NCBI GenBank assembly: GCA_965277405.1
Contig: OZ255726.1
Location: 96,001 to 160,000, forward strand
DNA: 64,000 nucleotides
Reading direction: 5' to 3'
Origin: Gammaproteobacteria bacterium
GTDB taxonomy: Bacteria; Pseudomonadota; Gammaproteobacteria; G965277405
The position numbers and the translations under genes are program-made. Shown in pieces: positions 32,108-41,508 of the stretch (within the stretch, counting starts at the first letter, position 1; every line of letters starts with the position of its first letter). Under the pieces are notes generated by a model that did no database searches, was not told where the DNA came from, and saw nothing but the letters and a program-made list of their open reading frames with translations.

Positions 32108-33220
32108 TTATGCTGATAAATATCGATCTTGATATTCGTTGCGTAACGCGACATACCACGGTTCTTGGATTGGCCACCACCACAGGTTGGCTAAATCATC
32201 TTCGCTGTATGAATCTTTGAAAAACTGTTTTGTTGCTGCAGGTAATAAGGCTTCTGCGCCAACTGCTGTGGAGTTGTAGCCAGTCGCTTTGACGAACATC
32301 GCCCCTGCCTCAGGGGTATAATACCAATTAATAAACTCGTATACAGCATCGATGTTATTGGCATTTTTAGGGATTACAAATCCTTCCATCCATGCAAGAG
32401 CGCCTTCTTTTGGTGCCCCGTACGCGATTGGTTCGCCTTCGTTTTTGAGGATAAACGCCGTGCTGTCCCAGGTTTGCCCGATGATTGCACCATTTGTTCT
32501 AAATGCACCTTGCGCTTCGTTTTCAGTTGACCAAAATTGTGCAATTGCGTTCTTATGCTTAGTGGCAACTTTAAGAATCGCGTCAAAATTTGCCCGCATG
32601 GCTTTTTCATTTTTAAACGCATCGAGCAATGGCAATGGAAGTTTATCAATTTTTTCTAACCATAGCCCAATACCAATCAAAGCAGAATGACCGCGCACGG
32701 CAACACCGCCTAAGTGTTCTGGTCGCCACAGGTCACCATAGCTTAGGTTTTTTGGATCTACTGTTGCCTCTTGTGTGTTATAGGCAATCGCCTCAGTGCC
32801 CCAATCCGATGGTGCAAAATACCGCTCATCTTGTATTACGCCGCCAACTTCAGAACCTGTCATCGCGCTATCTAGGCAGCCATCCCAATTGATACGCGAT
32901 ATATCCAACGGCTGCACAAGCCCATAATCAACATAGCCTGGAACACGGTCAACAGTTGGCATGATGATGTCGAAACCGTTGCCATCTGTCGCGCGCAGCG
33001 AATTCATTAACTCATCATTAGTGCCGTAGGGAGTAAATGTGGCATTGATACCAGTCTTCGCTTGCAAGTCCGCCAGCATTTCATCAGTGATATAGCCAGC
33101 CCAAGCATAGATGCGCAGTTGTTTATTCGCAGCCATCAGCGTATGTGCCGAAAACGGTGTAGCGGCAACAGCGCCTGCAATAGCTGCTCCTTTAACAAAT
33201 TGACGTCGTGAAATATTCAT
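32108..33220 (-). CDS. Polyamine-type ABC substrate-binding protein (PotD/PotF-like), Tat signal, copy 1
   Basis: SRRQFVK twin-arginine motif, YAWAGY, WGTEAI and PKEGALAWMEG. Confidence 0.9.
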   Translation of the reverse strand: MNISRRQFVKGAAIAGAVAATPFSAHTLMAANKQLRIYAWAGYITDEMLADLQAKTGINATFTPYGTNDELMNSLRATDGNGFDIIMPTVDRVPGYVDYGLVQPLDISRINWDGCLDSAMTGSEVGGVIQDERYFAPSDWGTEAIAYNTQEATVDPKNLSYGDLWRPEHLGGVAVRGHSALIGIGLWLEKIDKLPLPLLDAFKNEKAMRANFDAILKVATKHKNAIAQFWSTENEAQGAFRTNGAIIGQTWDSTAFILKNEGEPIAYGAPKEGALAWMEGFVIPKNANNIDAVYEFINWYYTPEAGAMFVKATGYNSTAVGAEALLPAATKQFFKDSYSEDDLANLWWWPIQEPWYVALRNEYQDRYLSA

Positions 33221-33307
33221 AATAAACCTCAGTATGATTAGGGAATGATTTACTTGTATAGCATAAGTGGAAATAATTTATGTAAAACATTCATAATAAA
33301 ACTCAGT

Positions 33308-33382
33308 ATGATTAGCGAATGATTAGCGAATGATTAGCGAATGATTAGCGAATGATTAGCGAATGATTAGCGAATGATTAGC
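33308..33382. repeat. 11-bp tandem repeat ATGATTAGCGA x ~6.8 (x ~2.8 at 35023-35053)
   Basis: Read directly. The 44-bp difference explains the unit periods of 1715 and 1671 bp. Confidence 0.93.
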
Positions 33383-33435
33383 TGGTGTAACACAGGTGGA
33401 AATAATTTATGTGAAATATTTATGATACAACTATA

Positions 33436-33733
33436 GAAGCCTCTGCTATCAGCCCATACTGGCCGAAACCGAGCAAAACGCTGCTGATAACTAGACGCAG
33501 TGTGCAGGTAACACGGTTGGGTCTTGTGGGTATTGCCAAGTGCTGCAACGATGTTAGCGCAGTTTTTTTTCGTCACTCTATTCAATATACACTTCCACAT
33601 ACTTTTGGTTGGCAGCAATTGTACTACTTGCTTGCTGTGCGGCATACCTTGGCATATATGCAAAGGTTGGCGTCTGGCAATAATCAGCAATTACAGACAA
33701 ACTCGCTTGTTATGCGATGTAATCAGGTATTTC
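33436..33733 (-). mobile_element. MITE, diverged full copy
   Basis: Retains GCTGATAACTAGACGCAGTG, GCCAAGTGCTGCAACGA and GCAATAATCAGCAATT; TIRs are decayed. Confidence 0.8.
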
Positions 33734-33822
33734 ATATAGAGATTTGATACAACGTAATTGGTAGTTAAATGTCATAAAAAAGCCCCTCAAAGAAAGTAGC
33801 AATGAGAGGCTGTAACTAGTAT

Positions 33823-34935
33823 TTATGCTGATAAATATCGATCTTGATATTCGTTGCGTAACGCGACATACCACGGTTCTTGGATTGGCCACCACCACAG
33901 GTTGGCTAAATCATCTTCGCTGTATGAATCTTTGAAAAACTGTTTTGTTGCTGCAGGTAATAAGGCTTCTGCGCCAACTGCTGTGGAGTTGTAGCCAGTC
34001 GCTTTGACGAACATCGCCCCTGCCTCAGGGGTATAATACCAATTAATAAACTCATAGACAGAATCGATGTTATTGGCGTTTTTAGGAATTACAAATCCTT
34101 CCATCCATGCAAGAGCGCCTTCTTTTGGTGCCCCGTAGGCGATTGGTTCGCCTTCGTTTTTGAGGATAAACGCCGTGCTGTCCCAGGTTTGCCCGATGAT
34201 TGCACCATTTGTTCTAAATGCACCTTGCGCTTCGTTTTCAGTTGACCAAAATTGTGCAATTGCATCCTTATGCTTAGTGGCAACTTTAAGAATCGCGTCA
34301 AAATTTGCCCGCATGGCTTTTTCATTTTTAAACGCATCGAGCAATGGCAATGGAAGTTTATCAATTTTTTCTAACCATAGCCCAATACCAATCAAAGCAG
34401 AATGACCGCGCACGGCAACACCGCCTAAGTGTTCTGGTCGCCACAGGTCACCATAGCTTAGGTTTTTTGGATCTACTGTTGCCTCTTGTGTGTTATAGGC
34501 AATCGCCTCAGTGCCCCAATCCGATGGTGCAAAATACCGCTCATCTTGTATTACGCCGCCAACTTCAGAACCTGTCATCGCGCTATCTAGGCAGCCATCC
34601 CAATTGATACGCGATATATCCAACGGCTGCACAAGCCCATAATCAACATAGCCTGGAACACGGTCAACAGTTGGCATGATGATGTCGAAACCGTTGCCAT
34701 CTGTCGCGCGCAGCGAATTCATTAACTCATCATTAGTGCCGTAGGGAGTAAATGTGGCATTGATACCAGTCTTCGCTTGCAAGTCCGCCAGCATTTCATC
34801 AGTGATATAGCCAGCCCAAGCATAGATGCGCAGTTGTTTATTCGCAGCCATCAGCGTATGTGCCGAAAACGGTGTAGCGGCAACAGCGCCTGCAATAGCT
34901 GCTCCTTTAACAAATTGACGTCGTGAAATATTCAT
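33823..34935 (-). CDS. Polyamine-type ABC substrate-binding protein, copy 2
   Basis: Differs from copy 1 at two residues (KHKD vs KHKN; IDSV vs IDAV). Confidence 0.9.
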   Translation of the reverse strand: MNISRRQFVKGAAIAGAVAATPFSAHTLMAANKQLRIYAWAGYITDEMLADLQAKTGINATFTPYGTNDELMNSLRATDGNGFDIIMPTVDRVPGYVDYGLVQPLDISRINWDGCLDSAMTGSEVGGVIQDERYFAPSDWGTEAIAYNTQEATVDPKNLSYGDLWRPEHLGGVAVRGHSALIGIGLWLEKIDKLPLPLLDAFKNEKAMRANFDAILKVATKHKDAIAQFWSTENEAQGAFRTNGAIIGQTWDSTAFILKNEGEPIAYGAPKEGALAWMEGFVIPKNANNIDSVYEFINWYYTPEAGAMFVKATGYNSTAVGAEALLPAATKQFFKDSYSEDDLANLWWWPIQEPWYVALRNEYQDRYLSA

Positions 34936-35106
34936 AATAAACCTCAGTATGATTAGGGAATGATTTACTTGTATAGCATAAGTGGAAATAATTTATGTAA
35001 AACATTCATAATAAAACTCAGTATGATTAGCGAATGATTAGCGAATGATTAGCTGGTGTAACACAGGTGGAAATAATTTATGTGAAATATTTATGATACA
35101 ACTATA

Positions 35107-35404
35107 GAAGCCTCTGCTATCAGCCCATACTGGCCGAAACCGAGCAAAACGCTGCTGATAACTAGACGCAGTGTGCAGGTAACACGGTTGGGTCTTGTGG
35201 GTATTGCCAAGTGCTGCAACGATGTTAGCGCAGTTTTTTTTCGTCACTCTATTCAATATACACTTCCACATACTTTTGGTTGGCAGCAATTGTACTACTT
35301 GCTTGCTGTGCGGCATACCTTGGCATATATGCAAAGGTTGGCGTCTGGCAATAATCAGCAATTACAGACAAACTCGCTTGTTATGCGATGTAATCAGGTA
35401 TTTC
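35107..35404 (-). mobile_element. MITE, diverged full copy (duplicate of 33436-33733)
   Basis: Appears identical to the previous copy; part of the tandem unit. Confidence 0.8.
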
Positions 35405-35493
35405 ATATAGAGATTTGATACAACGTAATTGGTAGTTAAATGTCATAAAAAAGCCCCTCAAAGAAAGTAGCAATGAGAGGCTGTAACTAGTAT

Positions 35494-36606
35494 TTATGCT
35501 GATAAATATCGATCTTGATATTCGTTGCGTAACGCGACATACCACGGTGCTTGGATTGGCCACCACCACAGGTTGGCTAAATCATCTTCGCTGTATGAAT
35601 CTTTGAAAAACTGTTTTGTTGCTGCAGGTAATAAGGCTTCTGCGCCAACTGCTGTGGAGTTGTAGCCAGTCGCTTTGACGAACATCGCCCCTGCCTCAGG
35701 GGTATAATACCAATTAATAAACTCGTATACAGAATCGATGTTGTTGGCATTTTTAGGGATTACAAATCCTTCCATCCATGCAAGAGCGCCTTCTTTTGGT
35801 GCCCCGTAGGCGATTGGTTCGCCTTCGTTTTTGAGGATAAATGCCGTGCTGTCCCAGGTTTGCCCGATGATTGCACCATTTGTTCTAAATGCACCTTGCG
35901 CTTCGTTTTCAGTTGACCAAAATTGTGCAATTGCGTTCTTATGCTTAGTGGCAACTTTAAGAATCACGTCAAAATTTGCCCGCATGGCTTTTTCATTTTT
36001 AAACGCATCGAGCAATGGCAATGGAAGTTTATCAATTTTTTCTAACCATAGCCCAATACCAATCAAAGCAGAATGACCGCGCACGGCAACACCGCCTAAG
36101 TGTTCTGGTCGCCACAGGTCACCATAGCTTAGGTTTTTTGGATCTACTGTTGCCTCTTGTGTGTTATAGGTAATCGCCTCAGTACCCCAATCAGATGGTG
36201 CAAAATACCGCTCATCTTGTATTACGCCGCCAACTTCAGAACCTGTCATCGCGCTATCTAGGCAGCCATCCCAATTGATACGCGATATATCCAACGGCTG
36301 CACAAGCCCATAATCAACATAGCCTGGAACACGGTCAACAGTTGGCATGATGATGTCGAAACCGTTGCCATCTGTCGCGCGCAGCGAATTCATTAACTCA
36401 TCATTAGTGCCGTAGGGAGTAAATGTGGCATTGATACCAGTCTTCGCTTGCAAGTCCGCCAGCATTTCATCAGTGATATAGCCAGCCCAAGCATAGATGC
36501 GCAGTTGTTTATTGGCAGCCATCAGCGTATTTATAGAAAAAGGTGTGGAGGCAACAGTGCCTGCAATAGCTGCTCCTTTAACAAAATTACGTCGTGAAAT
36601 AGTCAT
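35494..36606 (-). CDS. Polyamine-type ABC substrate-binding protein, copy 3
   Basis: Same mature protein apart from a few substitutions; variant Tat signal MTISRRNFVKGAAIAGTVASTPFSINTL. Confidence 0.9.
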   Translation of the reverse strand: MTISRRNFVKGAAIAGTVASTPFSINTLMAANKQLRIYAWAGYITDEMLADLQAKTGINATFTPYGTNDELMNSLRATDGNGFDIIMPTVDRVPGYVDYGLVQPLDISRINWDGCLDSAMTGSEVGGVIQDERYFAPSDWGTEAITYNTQEATVDPKNLSYGDLWRPEHLGGVAVRGHSALIGIGLWLEKIDKLPLPLLDAFKNEKAMRANFDVILKVATKHKNAIAQFWSTENEAQGAFRTNGAIIGQTWDSTAFILKNEGEPIAYGAPKEGALAWMEGFVIPKNANNIDSVYEFINWYYTPEAGAMFVKATGYNSTAVGAEALLPAATKQFFKDSYSEDDLANLWWWPIQAPWYVALRNEYQDRYLSA

Positions 36607-36707
36607 AATAAATCTCCGTAGTATTAGATAATGATTTTCATGTATGACACGAGTTCACATGATTTATGTGAAGTATTTATGATAAAACTATACGCTATTT
36701 CCGCATA

Positions 36708-36801
36708 TAATAGCTAGGTCATGCGCTCAGCGGTTTGCGCCTTGCAATCATCAGCAATTGCAGGCAAACTCGCTCCATACAACGAGTTAAGCAGATGTTC
36801 C
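36708..36801 (-). repeat. MITE left-end fragment
   Basis: TAGCTAGGTCATGCGCTCAGCGGTTTGCGCCTTGCAATCATCAGCAATTGC...GAGTTAAGCAGATGTTCC. Confidence 0.8.
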
Positions 36802-37394
36802 TTACCAATCCTACCCAACACATAATGCCGTCAACATATTGGCTAGTCGTGCTGATAGCGGGTATTGCAAGTATCGCGGCTATTGGTAGCCCTGCACTCG
36901 CTTGCTTGCATTTTGACGCGCAGGCAATTAGCGCGGGCGAATGGTGGCGGGTATGTACGTATGTATTGGCTCATGTAAACCTCACCCATGCCGCCAATAA
37001 TTGTATTGGAGCAATCGGTTGTTACTGGCTGTATAGCCTGCTCAATGCGCGGCGGACGTTTTGGCTGGTGGTGCTGCTGATACCATTGTTGTGTGCTGGA
37101 GTTTTTTTGACGACAAATATCGTTGCCAGCGGCCAAGGTGTTGCAGGGTTTTCTGGCGTGTTGTATGGGTTGGTTGCTGCTATGATTGTCGTACTTGGGC
37201 AGCGACGTAGCAGCTGGGCTGCTATCATTGCCATTGGGCTATGCACTACGTTGCTGTTGAGTTTTTTTGACATCGAATTCTCTCCATTGGCAGCACATTC
37301 GTTGCATGCAGGGCATGGAATAGCCAGCATTTGTGGCGTGTTGCTAGGGCTGCTTAGTTGTGGTATCAACCCAGGCAGGAAACGAGCCGAGTAA
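36795..37394 (+). CDS. Rhomboid-family intramembrane protease (rhombosortase-like)
   Basis: GEWWR, LAHVNLTHAANN, GFSGVLYG (catalytic Ser) and a TM6 His. Start is ATG 36795 (inside the MITE end) or 36825. Confidence 0.75.
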   Translation: MFLTNPTQHIMPSTYWLVVLIAGIASIAAIGSPALACLHFDAQAISAGEWWRVCTYVLAHVNLTHAANNCIGAIGCYWLYSLLNARRTFWLVVLLIPLLCAGVFLTTNIVASGQGVAGFSGVLYGLVAAMIVVLGQRRSSWAAIIAIGLCTTLLLSFFDIEFSPLAAHSLHAGHGIASICGVLLGLLSCGINPGRKRAE

Positions 37395-38465
37395 TTTACA
37401 CAGCGGCATTTCAGTATGCAGGCTGTGGAGCAATTGCTGGGTGGTATCTGCAGCAATATGACCAGAAAATTCGCAATAAAAACTATATGTCCATGTTGAA
37501 TCAGGTGATGGGTGGCTTGCGAGCATCGACATATTAATCTTATGCTCGCGAAATATACGCAGTGCTTCGTATAACCCTCCTGAGCGGTGTGAAACTGAAA
37601 ATACTAAGGCCGTTTTATCATGACCTGTAGGTGCAGGTTGTTGTTTGCCCAATACGATAAAGCGGGTACGATTGCCAATAATGTCGCTGATGTTTTCTTG
37701 AATAATATGCAAACCATACAGCTGGGCGTTGGTAATACCAGCAATTGCTGCGGCATGCGGTTTGTCTTTGATATATTGTGCTGCTGCTGAGTTTGATGCG
37801 CGTTCGTGCAACTTGGCATGCGGGAGGCTTTTAGCTAACCAGCGGCTGCATTGTGCGCTTGCTTGCGGATGTGCATACACGTCTGTGATATCAGCCAGCT
37901 TTGCTTGATAAGCGGCAAGCAGGCAATGGCAGATAATGACTTCTGTCTCACCAATGATTTGCAATGTGTCGGTTGAGTGGGTATGTAAATAATCAATTGT
38001 TTGCGCGACCGTTCCTGCGGTTGAGTTTTCAATTGGCAATACCGCGTAATGGTTTTCATCACGCGCGAGCGCATCAAAAATATCTGCTATGCTGCGCCAA
38101 GGGTGCAAGACGGCAGCACTCCCAAAGTGGCTGATTGCTGCAGCTTGGGTATAGCTTCCTGCTGGGCCAAGATAGCCAATGGTTTGGATTTGTTCTAAAC
38201 GCAAACAGCCAGAAATAATTTCTGTAAAAACTTTTGTCAGTTGCTCCGTCGGAAAAGGACCGTTGTTGCTGCACAACAACTTTTGTTTGATCTTGCTTTC
38301 ACGACTTGGGTCGTATAGCGGGGTGTTTTTAGATTTTTTGAGTTTATGTTTGCTGACTTGAATGGCATATTCTGCGCGCTGATTGAGCAAGGCAACCAAC
38401 TGCAAGTCTATCGCATCGATTTGAGCGCGGGCGTTTGCTAACGATGGTGTCTCCGTCGCAGACAT
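37344..38465 (-). CDS. pheA: Chorismate mutase/prephenate dehydratase (P-protein)
   Basis: RAQIDAID, YLGPAGSYT, PIENSTAG, NRTRF and ACT domain. Confidence 0.95.
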   Translation of the reverse strand: MSATETPSLANARAQIDAIDLQLVALLNQRAEYAIQVSKHKLKKSKNTPLYDPSRESKIKQKLLCSNNGPFPTEQLTKVFTEIISGCLRLEQIQTIGYLGPAGSYTQAAAISHFGSAAVLHPWRSIADIFDALARDENHYAVLPIENSTAGTVAQTIDYLHTHSTDTLQIIGETEVIICHCLLAAYQAKLADITDVYAHPQASAQCSRWLAKSLPHAKLHERASNSAAAQYIKDKPHAAAIAGITNAQLYGLHIIQENISDIIGNRTRFIVLGKQQPAPTGHDKTALVFSVSHRSGGLYEALRIFREHKINMSMLASHPSPDSTWTYSFYCEFSGHIAADTTQQLLHSLHTEMPLCKLLGSFPAWVDTTTKQP

Positions 38466-38470
38466 TGCAA

Positions 38471-38794
38471 TTACACTTGATGTTCAGGGAGCCGTACCAC
38501 CAGACCATCCAGCGCATCATTGACCGTTATTTGGCAGCTAAGTCTACTATTGGCGTGTACTGGGTCTGCTGCACATTCGAGCATGTTCTCTTCTATCGAT
38601 GAACGTGCTGGCACTGATTCAGCCCAGCTTTCATCAATATAACAATGGCATGTTGCACAGACACAATGCCCGCCACATTCACCTAGAATCCCATCGATGT
38701 CATGTTCAACGGCAATTTCCATTAAATTCATTCCAGCTTCAGCCGCTGCGGCGTGAGCATTTCCTGAGTGGTCGATAAAATTAATGATTGGCAT
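38471..38794 (-). CDS. Adrenodoxin/putidaredoxin-type 2Fe-2S ferredoxin
   Basis: CGGHCVCATCHC and SRLSCQI. Confidence 0.93.
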   Translation of the reverse strand: MPIINFIDHSGNAHAAAAEAGMNLMEIAVEHDIDGILGECGGHCVCATCHCYIDESWAESVPARSSIEENMLECAADPVHANSRLSCQITVNDALDGLVVRLPEHQV

Positions 38795-38824
38795 TAAATA
38801 ATCCTATTATGTTGAAAAGACAAG

Positions 38825-39108
38825 GGATCCTCTGATTAATTCCATGATGGGCGAGACGGAGAAAAAACGCTGATGATAACTAGACGCAGTGCGCAGATAA
38901 TACTGGTGGTATTATCAAGTGCTGCAACGACGTTAGCGCAGCGTTTTTTCACGTCCTTCTGTTGAATATACTTTGGGTTTGCTGCAGCGGTACTTGCTGT
39001 GTTGCATCCCTTGGCGTATATGCTACGGCATACGCCTGCGGAATGCGCCTTGCAATCATCAGCAATTGCAGGCAAACTCGCTCCATCAGCGAGTTAATCA
39101 GAGGTTCC
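38825..39108 (-). mobile_element. MITE, full copy
   Basis: GGATCCTCTGATTAATTCCATGATGGGCGAG...GAGTTAATCAGAGGTTCC followed by TTAG. Confidence 0.87.
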
Positions 39109-39153
39109 TTAGCTATCAACATACCACCACTGTAGCAAATGTGCAGTGTAAAA

Positions 39154-40995
39154 TTACAATTTGTGCTGCCGCGTTTGCTGCGAACGCCCCGCTTGCTTGC
39201 GTGCATTTTCGTGCAGATGCACTTTGCGAATGCGGATTGACTGCGGGGTGATTTCCACTAGCTCGTCGTCGTCAATCATTTCAAGTGCGCTCTCGAGGGT
39301 GAGTTGTAGCGGTGGAGTTAGCATGATATTTTCATCATTGCCTGAAACTCGAAAGTTTGTCAGTTGTTTGCCTTTCAACGGGTTTACTGTTAAATCATTT
39401 TCACGGCTATGGATGCCGACTATTTGACCTGCATATACCATATCACCAGGCTTCACACAAAGTTCGCCACGTTCTTGTAAATTCGCCAATGCATAGCCTA
39501 ATACTTTACCCGAGGCGTTGGCAATCATCGCCCCACGCGACCGTTGATTCAGCTCGCCACTGATTTTTGGCGCATACGCATCAAATACATGATACAGCAG
39601 TCCTGTCCCTGCTGTTATGCCTTTAAAGGTACTGTTAAAACCAATTAAACCTCGTGATGGTATTTTATAATCGAGGCGCACACGACCTGCGCTGTCTGGT
39701 AACATGTCCAATAACTCACCCTTACGCGTACCAATTGCTTGCATGACGGCACCTTGATGCGCAGTTTCGCAGTCAATAGTCAGCATTTCAAAGGGCTCGT
39801 GCAGAGTGCCGTCAATGGTTTTATCAATCACCAACGTACGCGAAACTCCAAGCTCAAATCCTTCGCGGCGCATGGTTTCTAGTAAGATAGACAAATGCAA
39901 TTCACCACGTCCAGCAACGTGAAAACTATCGGCATCGTTGGTAGGCGTTACCCGCAACGCGACATTGTGTATTTGCTCTTGCGCTAGTCGTGCTCCAATT
40001 TTTTGTGAAGTAACTAATTTACCTTCATTCCCAGCAAATGGCGATGAGTTAATGCCAACGGTCATCGCTATCGTTGGCTGATCTATATCAAACGTAGGTA
40101 ACGCTTCGAGTGCATCAGGGTCACAAATAGTCGCGGCTACCTGTGGTGATGGAATACCAGCAACCGCTACGATATCACCTGCGGCAGCGGCTTGAATTTC
40201 AATGCGCTCTAACCCTTTGTATCCATACAACATGCTGATGCGGGCTTTGCGCTGCGAACCATCTGGTTCGATTACCGTAATAGGGCTATTTTGTCGCACA
40301 ATGCCGCGACTAATGCGACCAATACAGAGCGCACCAACATATGTATTATAGTCCAAGGTCGAAATTTGCATTTGCAACGGACCATTTTCAGCGGTTGGCG
40401 GCTGACAATGGGCAATGATTGTTTCAAATAATGGGGTGAGATCGGCTGATGGTTGTTGGTGGTTGAAGGTGGCATAGCCCTGGATTGCAGAAGCGTAGAC
40501 GACAGGGAAGTCTAGCTGATCGTCACTAGCGCCAAGCTGATCAAATAAATCAAATACTTGGTCAACAACCCAGTCTGGGCGTGCACTGTCACGATCAATT
40601 TTATTGACGACTAGAATCGGCGCGAGACCATGGGCAAACGCTTTTTGGGTTACAAAGCGGGTTTGTGGCATTGGGCCATCTACAGCATCGACCAACAACA
40701 ATGCGCAATCCACCATCGACAATACCCGCTCAACTTCACCACCAAAATCAGCGTGGCCTGGCGTATCAACAATATTGATACGATAGTCATTCCACTGCAA
40801 CGCAGTGTTTTTAGAGAGGATGGTGATACCGCGTTCTTTTTCGATGTCATTCGAATCCATAACCCGTTGGACTGGACCAAAACGTGCGCCAAGCGAACCA
40901 GACTGAGAGAGCAGCCCGTCAACTAGTGTTGTTTTGCCATGGTCAACGTGGGCAATAATCGCAATATTACGAAGTTGTTTAGCAGTAACGAGCAT
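39154..40995 (-). CDS. typA: Translational GTPase TypA/BipA
   Basis: [25 protein letters not shown] and [18 protein letters not shown]. Confidence 0.98.
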   Translation of the reverse strand: MLVTAKQLRNIAIIAHVDHGKTTLVDGLLSQSGSLGARFGPVQRVMDSNDIEKERGITILSKNTALQWNDYRINIVDTPGHADFGGEVERVLSMVDCALLLVDAVDGPMPQTRFVTQKAFAHGLAPILVVNKIDRDSARPDWVVDQVFDLFDQLGASDDQLDFPVVYASAIQGYATFNHQQPSADLTPLFETIIAHCQPPTAENGPLQMQISTLDYNTYVGALCIGRISRGIVRQNSPITVIEPDGSQRKARISMLYGYKGLERIEIQAAAAGDIVAVAGIPSPQVAATICDPDALEALPTFDIDQPTIAMTVGINSSPFAGNEGKLVTSQKIGARLAQEQIHNVALRVTPTNDADSFHVAGRGELHLSILLETMRREGFELGVSRTLVIDKTIDGTLHEPFEMLTIDCETAHQGAVMQAIGTRKGELLDMLPDSAGRVRLDYKIPSRGLIGFNSTFKGITAGTGLLYHVFDAYAPKISGELNQRSRGAMIANASGKVLGYALANLQERGELCVKPGDMVYAGQIVGIHSRENDLTVNPLKGKQLTNFRVSGNDENIMLTPPLQLTLESALEMIDDDELVEITPQSIRIRKVHLHENARKQAGRSQQTRQHKL

Positions 40996-41125
40996 ATAGG
41001 TATCAAGTAAGTGTGATGGTGCGGACGCAGCATACTACCTGAAAGCTTGCGTAATATTTAATGATTTTGGGGTTTCTACCAATCAAGCAATCCCATAGTA
41101 CCTGCTCAAATAATTTCCCGTTTGT

Positions 41126-41221
41126 TGCGTGTATGCAACGGTTTGCCCCTGCGGTGCACGCCTTGCAATCATCAGCAATTGCAGGCAAACTCGCTTCATC
41201 AGCGACTTAATCAGAGCTTCC
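41126..41221 (-). repeat. MITE left-end fragment
   Basis: CCTTGCAATCATCAGCAATTGCAGGCAAACTCGC...GACTTAATCAGAGCTTCC followed by TTAG. Confidence 0.8.
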
Positions 41222-41508
41222 TTAGCAATGCGGCGGCATTTCATACAAAAGTTACGTCTAAAATGGCTGTTTAACTGAACAAACAAGGTAAAACTAATAT
41301 TTAACCTTTTAATCGAAACAAAATTCATTATAGTTGACAATAACACTATCTCCGTATAGAAATTTACAATCAACTGCAAATTTAGACCTGCTTGCAACAG
41401 ACATCAAAAATGTGTAATTTTGAGCGATACCAACACCAATACATCGCAGTGGTGTTGTTGTTATACCAGTTGATTGATTCGTTAACAACAACTTAATGTG
41501 AAATAGAA

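Noticed and set aside
36795-37394. Giant protein as the rhombosortase substrate
   Set aside because: It ends ...KFTYHSD with no GlyGly-CTERM transmembrane tail and is anchored by an N-terminal lipobox instead.
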